From Podarcis filfolensis (taxonomy: Eukaryota), in assembly GCA_964270895.1 (NCBI GenBank), contig OZ185439.1: a stretch of DNA of 64,000 nt; one strand, given 5' to 3'. Under the pieces are notes generated by a model. That model made no database searches, was not told the origin of the DNA, and worked only from the letters and a program-made list of their open reading frames with translations. Of this stretch, positions 57,920 to 64,000 are shown in pieces (positions within the stretch are counted from its first letter, which is position 1; the number at the start of each line of letters is the position of its first letter). The position numbers and the translations under genes were made by a program.

Positions 57920-60449
57920 AGGGAGAAGATACTTGATATACAGCTTGCTATAAGAAGAGTTCTGTCCTTTTTCTATGCACTAAACTTGCTTGTATGGAAG
58001 AGCATTCAGACAAACATGCAACCAGAAATGATGCATCAAATCTTGATGGAAAACAAAGCCCTTTGACATCAACTCATTTGAAGGTGCACAATCACTGCCA
58101 GTTAGGTGACAAATCACCTTTGAAGGAGTTCTTCTCAGCACTGATCAAATGATGGGCACTGTGAGCAGCACCTTTGAAAATGCACTATCTGTGGTGAACT
58201 CCCATAACACAGCTGATTCCAGATCCACCTTTACCCTAGAATCACATATGAAGTTGGGTATTGGGCAAATGGGTGTGGTTTGGGAGAAATGACCTTGCAG
58301 GGCTAATTAGGCTCAGAGACCGGACATTCCCCACCACTGCACCAGAAACTGGTCTCTGAAAAAAGCTGACATTGTGTTCCAACAATAGCCGATGGTTTGC
58401 TGTCCTGACTAGACAAATTCTCGGTTAAACACACAGGGCAAAGCAATACAAATACTGACATTTATAACTTAGAAGCAACCACAAAATATAGATTCAGACC
58501 ACCTTCAGAGAAATCATAGCCAAAAGGTGTGCCCGCACAATTTAAACTAATTTGTTCAAGTATAGCCTATTAGCCACTTATGACTGTCAGCCAGATGCTT
58601 GACAAACCATCTATTTTCACTGCCTGACCCAGTCTGCAAAAATGGGGGGGGGGGGTCAAGCACCTGGCAGGCTATGATAGAAGGCATGAGGTTGTGTTTG
58701 GTTTGGTGAACCACCACAAGTTGTGAAGGAAAAAGGAAAAAAAGAATTTACCTAAAGACAACAGGAGATGGACCACAAAATTTGTGAAGGGTTTTCTTTA
58801 TGTTGTCACTTAATGTAGATTCATCCAAGTACCAGGTGCTTTGATCTGAGGCAGAGGGACCGGCAGTGGGATCTTAAGAAAAAAACAGATACATTTTTGC
58901 ATATGTTTCTGTAAGTGGTTTATCTTCCCCATTTACCCAGAGTGGCAGGTGAAAGAGTACACCTGAGCTTCATTCCAAATATATTTATGTTTTTTTAAAA
59001 AAAATAATTTTTATTAACTGGCCAATCACATCAAATTAAATCACATCACATAAATTCCAAATTACAAAGCCAAATTTTTAAATTTTGTTGGGGGAACCCA
59101 TACTTCAAGATCCAAAGGGGGATTCAGATCATCTTCTTATTACTGCGTTAATGTCCAAATCAGTCCCAATCAGTCCAAACAAAATTCATAATTCTATCCA
59201 GTCTTATCTTGGTGTTTTCACATCATATCTTGTTCATATAATTTCTATTTCTACGATCTCTTCTGTTAGTCTCCTTAAGCCGATAAGCAAAATAATAATC
59301 CTGTGTGGATTTCCCGTTCCTCCACTAAGTCCAGACGGTTTCCATATATCTCCTTCGTAGATAACATCGCTCTTTCCATCATAAATTTGGCATTTGTCGC
59401 TCTTAAGTTCCACCGAGAAGTTAATCCACGATATGTAAACAACTCTATTTCTCTCTTTCTCCTCCCAGACCCAAGAGCTCCAACAATGCCTCCCAAAATG
59501 GCGACGGCATTTTTAACTGCGTCATTCTAAAACTCTTAGCTTTCCAGCTTCATCTTGAAACATTGCTTTGGTTCGAAAGTTTATCTCCACACAGCCTTAA
59601 ATCCACAGCTTAAGTCCTTAGTTTCTGACTCATTAGGGGAGGGGATTCTTGTTAAATCACATAAGAAAAAGGAAGGCAGGTTTTTCCCCCCCTCCCCCCT
59701 CAGTCATACCGTATCTTGACGTATCTTCTCATATTTTATTCTTGTCTTGTTATCAGAGATCTCTTCTGTCAGCAGTCTTTACTCCCCTTTTTCCTTGAAG
59801 CATGTGCAATTTATCTCGTCCAAATTGTTTCTTTTGAAGATGCTTGCAACTAGCGGCGCGAATCAGGGACGGCGTCCAGGAGTGCCGGAATCCCACAGGA
59901 GGGCTTTGTGCCTAGTGCCCCCACCCCCACAAATTCGGGGGTGGTATAGGGCACAGCAGGCAAGAGCCGTCCCCCCCACAATCCTGGGGGGGGTTAAGGA
60001 GGCTAATTACCCCCATCATAGCCTCCAAATTACCTCGTGTGGGTCCGAGAGATGTTATTGTCAGCCATCTTCTGATGCGCCACCTAGTGGCCCCCCCATT
60101 CCAAATATATTTATGAAAGCTCAAACAAAACTGTACTCTCATCCCAGTGGTACCACATGGTGGATTAAAAGAAACCCTAAGAAAATAATGTTTCATTTCT
60201 CACCACTCATAAGCCAACAGGCCAAGAGGATTCTCTGTTTATTCTTTCGACTGTGCTGCCCTCCCCCTTACCAATCACAGAGCACAATGCCCTAGCATTT
60301 CAAAAACAAAGTTTGCCTATTTGAAAGCTATTATTTATATTAACATACAGAATTCCGGTAGAGTTACCTGGGGCTCCACATACAGTATTGATAGCAGTGG
60401 ACTGAGAAGAGAGCAACTCATCCAGCAAACGCTGAGCAGTAGGAAGGAT
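23048..60449 (-). CDS. ZSWIM8: ZSWIM8 (zinc finger SWIM-type 8; TDMD E3 ligase adaptor), spliced CDS, 5'-partial (21 exons)
   Basis: complement join(60449-60368,58872-58752,50769-50568,50256-50081,49035-48027,47048-46917,45912-45733,45483-45300,44313-44215,43946-43822,42599-42365,41706-41554,37886-37664,36817-36528,34422-34199,32166-31684,31011-30843,28821-28648,25095-24976,23998-23820,23251-23048) = 4764 nt, phases consistent, all GT-AG. Peptides such as ILPTAQRLLDELLSSQSTAINTVCGAP and YIHHRLIHLTPADYDDFVNAIRSARSAFCLTPMGMMQF match recalled vertebrate ZSWIM8. Confidence 0.96.
23820..23998 (-). CDS. ZSWIM8: ZSWIM8 exon (179 nt) GVNYVHQFC...QRCQQAYIQ
   Basis: ttctgcag|GT ... CAG|gtatgt. Confidence 0.95.
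24300..24689. mobile_element. MITE remnant (hAT-like right end) with an internal hairpin
   Basis: Ends ggcccaaaaaaggttagccatccctg; 52 nt hairpin at 24582-24633; left end unclear. Confidence 0.5.
24976..25095 (-). CDS. ZSWIM8: ZSWIM8 exon (120 nt) GMLALEMLGRRAHNDHPNNFSRSPPYTEDVKWLLGLAAKL
   Basis: ccctgcag|GA ... TTAG|gtaagg. Confidence 0.95.
28648..28821 (-). CDS. ZSWIM8: ZSWIM8 exon (174 nt) IGSVHAGSTFPAIQG...HLHSAYRV
   Basis: tttctccag|TA ... GTTG|gtaagg; tandem CAG/TAG acceptor. Confidence 0.92.
29719..29778. repeat. (ATT)n microsatellite
   Basis: About 19 units with one interruption. Confidence 0.95.
30843..31011 (-). CDS. ZSWIM8: ZSWIM8 exon (169 nt) GVHPAFIGAQYPYSV...LSSNVA
   Basis: cctttgcag|GGT ... 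GCAA|gtgagt. Confidence 0.94.
31684..32166 (-). CDS. ZSWIM8: ZSWIM8 exon (483 nt) DNLMLEKACLAVEEAAKGGG...VPGSAYPQ
   Basis: atattgcag|GAT ... CAA|gtaagt. Confidence 0.95.
32303..32554 (+). mobile_element. tRNA-derived CORE SINE, Squam3-like
   Basis: gccagtgtggtgtagtggttaagagc (A box) ... gggttcgcgtc (B box), CORE-like tgggtgaccttgggccagtcac, 3' gcgggatatcaaatccaaac(tct)n. Confidence 0.9.
34199..34422 (-). CDS. ZSWIM8: ZSWIM8 exon (224 nt) GQAMEIGSAAL...ALVQCKEQ
   Basis: gtttctag|GG ... CAG|gtgagc. Confidence 0.95.
35088..35188 (-). mobile_element. MIR-like ancient SINE fragment
   Basis: gggaaactga..gacttgcccag..ctgggatctgaactc resembles the reverse MIR core. Confidence 0.4.
36113..36250. 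mobile_element. hAT-like MITE left-end fragment
   Basis: caggggtggggaacctccag..ggccaaat terminus; a related right end ccggacattccccaccactg occurs near 58320-58339. Confidence 0.45.
36528..36817 (-). CDS. ZSWIM8: ZSWIM8 exon (290 nt) YKGRRPESHAPHVPNQ...SSHVSWIT
   Basis: cctttcag|G ... ACAG|gtagga. Confidence 0.95.
37145..37380 (-). mobile_element. L2-like LINE 3' fragment
   Basis: aaacacatttaaaaggcc..aatcagccaaatgcctggttgaagaggaacgtttt; near-copy at 56880-57100. Confidence 0.6.
37664..37886 (-). CDS. ZSWIM8: ZSWIM8 exon (223 nt) MASIDSSAPETTSDSS...AKTVEVGR (Ser-rich)
   Basis: tgttgcag|GA ... GCAG|gtaaga. Confidence 0.95.
38285..38880. mobile_element. Two degenerate L2-like 3' fragments in opposite orientation
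   Basis: + strand: gagagaggactttt..cacctttaggcaacaggtgaag..ggccttg; - strand: aaaagcatggataaaaagaaatgtcttcac..gggaaggaaattttcacag. Confidence 0.45.
38978..39358. mobile_element. hAT-type MITE with an 8 bp TSD
   Basis: caatatat|cagggatgtccaa ... ctggccacccccctg|caatatat; TSD at 38970-38977 and 39359-39366. Confidence 0.85.
39665..40135 (+). mobile_element. CR1 LINE 3' fragment
   Basis: YCVQFWVPHFKKSLGKLQLVQGKAATMVSSMENRFYEERLKNL..LAWRR matches the CR1 ORF2 C-terminus. Confidence 0.85.
40205..40585 (-). mobile_element. CR1 LINE fragment
   Basis: Reverse complement gaatactgtgtacagttctggtcacccca (EYCVQFWSP); degenerate downstream. Confidence 0.7.
41554..41706 (-). CDS. ZSWIM8: ZSWIM8 exon (153 nt) DNPQRSPCDPPMEP...EGKVPSRLALG...KKKHT
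   Basis: ttttcccag|AT ... ACAG|gtaact. Confidence 0.93.
41857..42111 (-). mobile_element. tRNA-derived CORE SINE, Squam3-like (second copy)
   Basis: Reverse complement closely matches the 32303 copy; long (CTT)n tail at 41857-41877. Confidence 0.9.
42365..42599 (-). CDS. ZSWIM8: ZSWIM8 exon (235 nt) ILDKLLDRESQTHKPQ...EKSSQ
   Basis: gtttaaag|ATC ... CAAG|gtatga. Confidence 0.94.
42945..43720 (+). mobile_element. 5'-truncated L1/Tx1-type LINE 3' end (ORF2 C-terminus plus 3' UTR)
   Basis: [53 protein letters not shown]: the Cys/His C-terminal motif of non-mammalian L1 ORF2; followed by AATAAA and an A-rich tail. Confidence 0.85.
43822..43946 (-). CDS. ZSWIM8: ZSWIM8 exon (125 nt) MKTTVSEAEHPLLCEG...DQSKLKK
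   Basis: ccttccag|GC ... AAA|gtacgt. Confidence 0.95.
44215..44313 (-). CDS. ZSWIM8: ZSWIM8 exon (99 or 84 nt) (VVSPT)GSRPPSRNWNNEMPGDEELGFEAAVAAL
   Basis: Two in-frame acceptors (exon start 44313 or 44298); donor CTTG|gtgagt. Confidence 0.93.
45300..45483 (-). CDS. ZSWIM8: ZSWIM8 exon (184 nt) VKLAYQESEIVALLKK...FDVLCTP
   Basis: cacacag|GTA ... CCAG|gtaaag. Confidence 0.95.
45733..45912 (-). CDS. ZSWIM8: ZSWIM8 exon (180 nt) GKKNKVSTSKQTW...PPASTKALE
   Basis: tcccacag|GGA ... GAG|gtaagt. Confidence 0.95.
45970..46134. mobile_element. Tigger-like MITE right-end fragment
   Basis: Ends in aaccaaggtaccactgTA, the same terminus type as the 49128 element; left end not recognisable. Confidence 0.55.
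46917..47048 (-). CDS. ZSWIM8: ZSWIM8 exon (132 nt) ILFACAEALYAHGYSNEAC...DLKVEQPPTK
   Basis: cgtttacag|ATC ... AAG|gtacag. Confidence 0.94.
47495..47650 (-). mobile_element. Old tRNA-derived SINE fragment; related tail piece at 49488-49612
   Basis: gatgctagggactggaccaaggacc..tctgcatacaaag..gtgctcta is the reverse of a tRNA-like head; degenerate. Confidence 0.45.
48027..49035 (-). CDS. ZSWIM8: ZSWIM8 large exon (1009 nt) RRDLCTQLRQWQLKVI...LEQENRME, with acidic low-complexity region
   Basis: aattctag|G ... GAG|gtaagg; lies inside the 351 aa ORF 48006..49061. Confidence 0.96.
49128..49346. mobile_element. Tigger-like MITE (219 bp)
   Basis: TA|cagtggaacctcaggctacg ... cgtaaccggaggtaccactg|TA; imperfect TIRs, TA TSD. 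Confidence 0.85.
50081..50256 (-). CDS. ZSWIM8: ZSWIM8 exon (176 nt) ITGWWYSVRTSASHSS...DPTISPH
   Basis: ctctctcag|ATA ... CG|gtaggt. Confidence 0.95.
50568..50769 (-). CDS. ZSWIM8: ZSWIM8 exon (202 nt) DVNSMYLSSTEPPAAAEW...QCLTYEQ
   Basis: atttcacag|T ... CAG|gtacta. Confidence 0.95.
52599..53291. mobile_element. Tc1/mariner (Tigger/pogo-like) MITE inserted in the DIRS YR gene
   Basis: TA|cagtggtgccccgcaagacgaa ... ttcgtcttgcgaggcaccactg|TA; TA duplication at 52597-98 and 53292-93; repeated cgcaagacgaa subterminal motifs. Confidence 0.9.
56880..57100 (-). mobile_element. L2-like LINE 3' fragment inserted in the DIRS gag region
   Basis: aaacacatttaaaaggg..ttaatcagcccaaggcctgattgaagcggaactttt; similar to 37145-37380. 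Confidence 0.6.
57857..57920. repeat. Compound (TG)/(TA)n(GA)n microsatellite
   Basis: Seen directly. Confidence 0.95.
58752..58872 (-). CDS. ZSWIM8: ZSWIM8 exon (121 nt) DPTAGPSASDQSTWYLDESTLSDNIKKTLHKFCGPSPVVF
   Basis: ttttcttaag|AT ... TTTAG|gtaaat; absent from the ORF track, found by manual translation. Confidence 0.95.
58990..60096 (-). mobile_element. Non-autonomous L1-type retroposon (about 1.1 kb, no intact ORF)
   Basis: 19 bp TSD cattccaaatatatttatg at 58971-58989 and 60097-60115; - strand starts GGGGGGCCACTAGGTGGCGCATCAGAAGATGGCTGAC and ends AATAAA...A7. Confidence 0.85.
60077..60090 (-). promoter_or_regulatory. CTCF consensus motif CCACTAGGTGGCGC
   Basis: Matches the CTCF core CCASYAGRKGGCRS at all 14 positions; binding untested. 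Confidence 0.55.
60368..60449 (-). CDS. ZSWIM8: ZSWIM8 exon (82 nt) ILPTAQRLLDELLSSQSTAINTVCGAP
   Basis: cacacacag|ATC ... CCAG|gtaact; most 5' ZSWIM8 exon found in the window. Confidence 0.95.
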
Positions 60450-61874
60450 CTGTGTGTGAGAAAAACATTTAACACTGACTGTCTCTCCCATGAGTTAGAT
60501 CTATTAAAAATTATCAAAAGGTGTGCTATCAAATCAAATTTCTCACTAGTACTTCATCTATTTCCAAAACAATGCATACAACCCAGTTCACCAAAACGCT
60601 TAAATATATCAATCTGCAGCTAGAGAATTACCGTGATAAATGTGTTTTGCATGATTATGTATTTTATATTTTTACTAATTTTAGAAAATATTTCATGGTA
60701 TAGTACTTTATTAAATGCATAATGCTGCTTGTTATGTAAGTCAGAAGCAAAGGCTGATAGTTACTGGATGAAATAATTTATATTTCTAAGATGAAAAGAA
60801 GCTCCTTGTTTAGAATGCACAAATATTCATAATTTAAGGAACAGTGCTCGGTTTTCAAAGAAACTTCAACTGGTTCAGAACACTAGTTGCTAGACTGAGA
60901 TGTGGAGCAGCTAAAATGGATCTTATCTTGGCAATACTCAAATAATTTTATGCACTACAAGCTTGTCTTTGGGCACAATTCAAATTCGCAGTTTTAATTG
61001 TTAAAGTTTAAACTCATTAGGGCTGGGGTATCTGAAGAACAGCATCATTCCATATGAACCAGTCTGATTTTTGCTCCCTCTAGTAAGGTCCAACTCTGCC
61101 CTTATCTTTTGAGGGTCTCTGCAGTAGTGGTGCTTCAGCTATGGAATTCCCCTCTCCTTTATGTTCACCTTGCATCAAATATGCTAACTTTTAAGTACGT
61201 TTCCGTTTTCCTGGGCATTTAGCAGTGTATGCAGTTTTTTAGGCACTCTGATTTCAAACTGGTGTTTATTTGCAGCTAGTTGTTTTTAAAGTAGCCGTAT
61301 TCAGAGCTTTTTTTCCCCCAGCCAGAATGCATCAGAACGCAGTTCCAACACCTCTCCCAACACCACAGCTCTGGCTCATGAAAAGACTCTCCCTGGAGCG
61401 CAAAAAGGACACGCGTGCTATCAACCTTTCCTACTCCCCACAATCCTATGATTCGATGGCTAGCCCACCGGGCTGCACTTCTAATGCCAGGCTGCAGGAG
61501 GGAGCAAAATGCCGCCGGGCTTACTGGCAGTTCTGCACAGAGGTGCTTTAAGTCAGCGGAATGGAACTTTCATGTTTCAGGTGCAGCCCATGGGCGGCAA
61601 ACCAGCTACTCACGAACGCGGAGCTTTACTCGGCGCACATGCTTCCCCTAAGCTGTGCTGAGGTGCCTTCTTTCCAGGCTGCGACTGATGGCAGCGGAGC
61701 GCTGAACCGTCGCGTGTCTCTGGGGTTCACACCAGGATTTCCTTTTTGCCTGCTTGGTCAGGCTGGGAAGCAAACTTTTGAGGGGAACTCTCTCCCATCG
61801 CCATGGGTAAGTGCAAGATCCTCCCTGGTAGGGGACACACAGCGGAGGGCATAGGAGACTGTTTTGGTTTTTAT

Positions 61875-62010
61875 TCATAGAATTGTGGGGAGTTGGAAGG
61901 GAACCCGAGGGTCATCTAAGTCCAACCCCCCTGCGATGCAGGGATCTCAGCTATAGCATCCATGGCAGATGGCCATTTGGCTTCTGCTTTGAAATCTCCC
62001 AAAGAAGAGT
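61875..62010 (-). mobile_element. CR1-type 3' terminus
   Basis: catagaattgtggggagttggaagggaacccgagggtcatctaagtccaacccc is the reverse of the CR1 tail. Confidence 0.75.
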
Positions 62011-62220
62011 TTCTTGAAGGGAAATTATCAAAACGGCCATGTTGTCTGGGAGTAATTCCCTTTTTCATGATTTCCCAAACAAGGATATTGCAAACTTTTA
62101 CCTTTCAATAAAAAGTTGTTTGTATCATTGAGTGCTCTGTTATTGTGTTTTTCTTTTAAGACAAAATAAGTTAATGTATGAGTTGTTTTTTTCTAAACTA
62201 AAACCTCAGTATTCAGGTTA

Positions 62221-62971
62221 CCGTATTTTTCGCACCATAGGACGCACTTTTTCCCCTCCAAAAATGAAGGGGAAATGTGTGTGCGTCCTATGGTGCGAAT
62301 GCAGGCTTTCGCTGAAGCCTGGAGAGTGAGAGAGGTCGGTGCGCACCGACCCCTCACGCTCTCCAGGCTTCGCACACCTCTCTGCAAGCAGCGGGAGCCC
62401 AGCGCTGGGCTCCCGCTGCTTGCGGAGACTTGCCTGCATGGCGAAGCCTGCGCGCGCTGAACTCAGCGCGTCCAGGCTTCGCGGACCTCTCCGCAAACAG
62501 CGGGAGCGCTCCCGCTGCTTGCGGAGAGTTGCCAGCATGCCGAAGCCTGCGCGCGCTGAGATCAGCGCGCCCAGGCTTCGCGGACCTCTCCGCAAACAGC
62601 GGGAGCGCTCCCGCTGCTTGCAGAGAGTTGCCAGCATACCGAAGCCTGCGCGCGCTGAAATCAGCGCGCCCAGGCTTCGCGGACCTCTCCGCAAACAGCG
62701 GGAGCGGTCCCGCTGCTTGCGGAGAGTTGCCAGCATGCCGAAGCCTGCGCGCGCTGAGATCAGCGCGCCCAGGCTTCGCGGACCTCTCCGCAAACAGCGG
62801 GAGCGCTCCCACGGCTTGCAGAGAGCTGCCTGTTTGGGGGCTGGGGTCGGGGGAAGCTCGAGCTTCCCCAGCCCCGCGCCTGGGGGGAAAATAATTTTTC
62901 CCCTTTATTTCCCCCCCAAAAAACTGGGTGCGCCCTATGGTCCGGTGCGCCCTATGGTGCGAAAAATACGG
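62221..62971. mobile_element. Tc1/mariner (pogo-like) MITE with an internal 99 bp tandem array
   Basis: TA|ccgtatttttcgcaccataggacgcac ... gtgcgccctatggtgcgaaaaatacgg|TA; 27 bp TIR with 1 mismatch, TA TSD. Confidence 0.9.
62382..62820. repeat. 99 bp GC/CpG-rich minisatellite (about 4.4 units)
   Basis: gcggacctctccgcaaacagcgggagcg recurs at 62481, 62580, 62679 and 62778; a degenerate first unit starts at 62382. Confidence 0.95.
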
Positions 62972-64000
62972 TAAATTGCTGTGTTGGCACTTTGTGATAA
63001 ATAAGTGGGTTTGGGGTTGCAGTTTGGGCACTTGGTCTCTAAAAGGTTTGCCATCACAGTTCTATGGGCACTGGAGAGGGTCTTCTCATGAGCCAGAGGT
63101 GCACAGTGGGGCTTTAATGAGGCTCTTCAGCCTCCCAGGCTAACAGCTGTCCCACAGGAAGAAGCCTTCCTGTGCCTCAGCTCTGTAAGCCGCCCTGCCT
63201 CTCCTGCACATGCAAGCAGAAGGGACAAGGCAGCTTGCAGAGCAGATGTGCATGGAAGAAGCTTCTCTGAGCATCTGCTCTGCCCCTTCACAGAGCTGCC
63301 CTGTCCCTCTTGCTTGTGCGCCTTTCTTTCCTGCATCATTTATTCTAGAAAAAAAGCACTAGCTGCATTCCAAATATGCTATGATCCAGCACAATCCTAT
63401 GCATATTTACTCAGAATATAAGGCCCAGTGTTCAATGAAGCTTACTCCTCATGAAAGAGTGCATAGGATTGCAACAGAAATGTTGGTTTAACTTTACAGT
63501 ATTGTGTTTCTGCCAGCCACATTTGCAGTAACCAAACATTTCAATTCAGAAGCCCTGCTCTGGGTACCTCTCCTTTCAAAAGTGAGCTAAATGGCAGCTG
63601 GAGGTAGGGCCTTCTCAATGGAGGTGCCTCAGTTGTAGCATACTCTTCATAGGAACATAGCAGGTGCCAGCTTCTTTAACTGTGAGTCAGATGTAATACA
63701 TTTTTTATTCTCCCATGCATTGGCTGGATCATTTATTTTTTGCCACCACACCCTACAGTTTCCATTCTTATTTTTAACATCTTGTTTTATCAGACAGTAG
63801 CTATGTCTGGGTTTCTGTTGTTAGCTACCCTGAAAATCTTGCTAAAAGGTAAATACATTTTATTAAAAAAACTTTTTGAAAAATAATTGCACACTACACT
63901 TGAACCCAATCCTAGTTAGCACATGCCTTTCATGCTTCTATTTACTCAAAATCTGCATACCACATGTTCTGGTGTAAACACACTAGCCAAAGGAAGCAGT

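Noticed and set aside
62382-62820. CRISPR-like array of palindromic repeats
   Set aside because: The intervening segments are near-identical rather than unique spacers, there are no cas genes, and the array lies inside a TA-flanked MITE in a vertebrate intron
62218-63031. Overlapping 154-225 aa repetitive ORFs as protein genes
   Set aside because: A by-product of a stop-poor GC-rich 99 bp (33-codon) repeat that is open on both strands; no evidence of translation
60450-64000. Next upstream ZSWIM8 exon (ASAVCLRAPVSESL...ELPQQ)
   Set aside because: Not found in any frame; presumed to lie beyond the window

Overview
Vertebrate genomic DNA, most likely a squamate; two Squam3-like tRNA SINEs with (CTT)n tails point to a lacertid lizard. 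The window holds two convergent multi-exon genes. NDST2 (+ strand, heparan sulfate N-deacetylase/N-sulfotransferase 2) has 12 coding exons from 4912 to 18729, giving 548 aa plus stop; its first large coding exon lies upstream of the window. ZSWIM8 (- strand, Cul3 E3 adaptor for target-directed miRNA degradation) has 21 coding exons from 60449 down to 23048, giving 1587 aa plus stop; its N-terminal exons, including the SWIM domain, lie beyond 64000. All 33 exons were placed by GT-AG boundaries with consistent intron phases. The two 3' ends appear to meet at a head-to-head AATAAA-N9-TTTATT site near 20.1 kb. Introns contain SINEs, CR1/L2/L1 fragments, Tc1/mariner-type and hAT-type MITEs and microsatellites. 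Three stand-out items lie in ZSWIM8 introns. (1) A decayed, near-full-length DIRS1-type tyrosine-recombinase retrotransposon, split by a MITE. (2) A 1.1 kb non-coding L1-type retroposon with a 19 bp TSD that starts with CTCF and YY1-like motifs. (3) A young TA-flanked MITE whose body is a 99 bp tandem array built from hairpins. No CRISPR, tRNA or rRNA genes are supported. Family names come from recalled consensus features, not from database searches.
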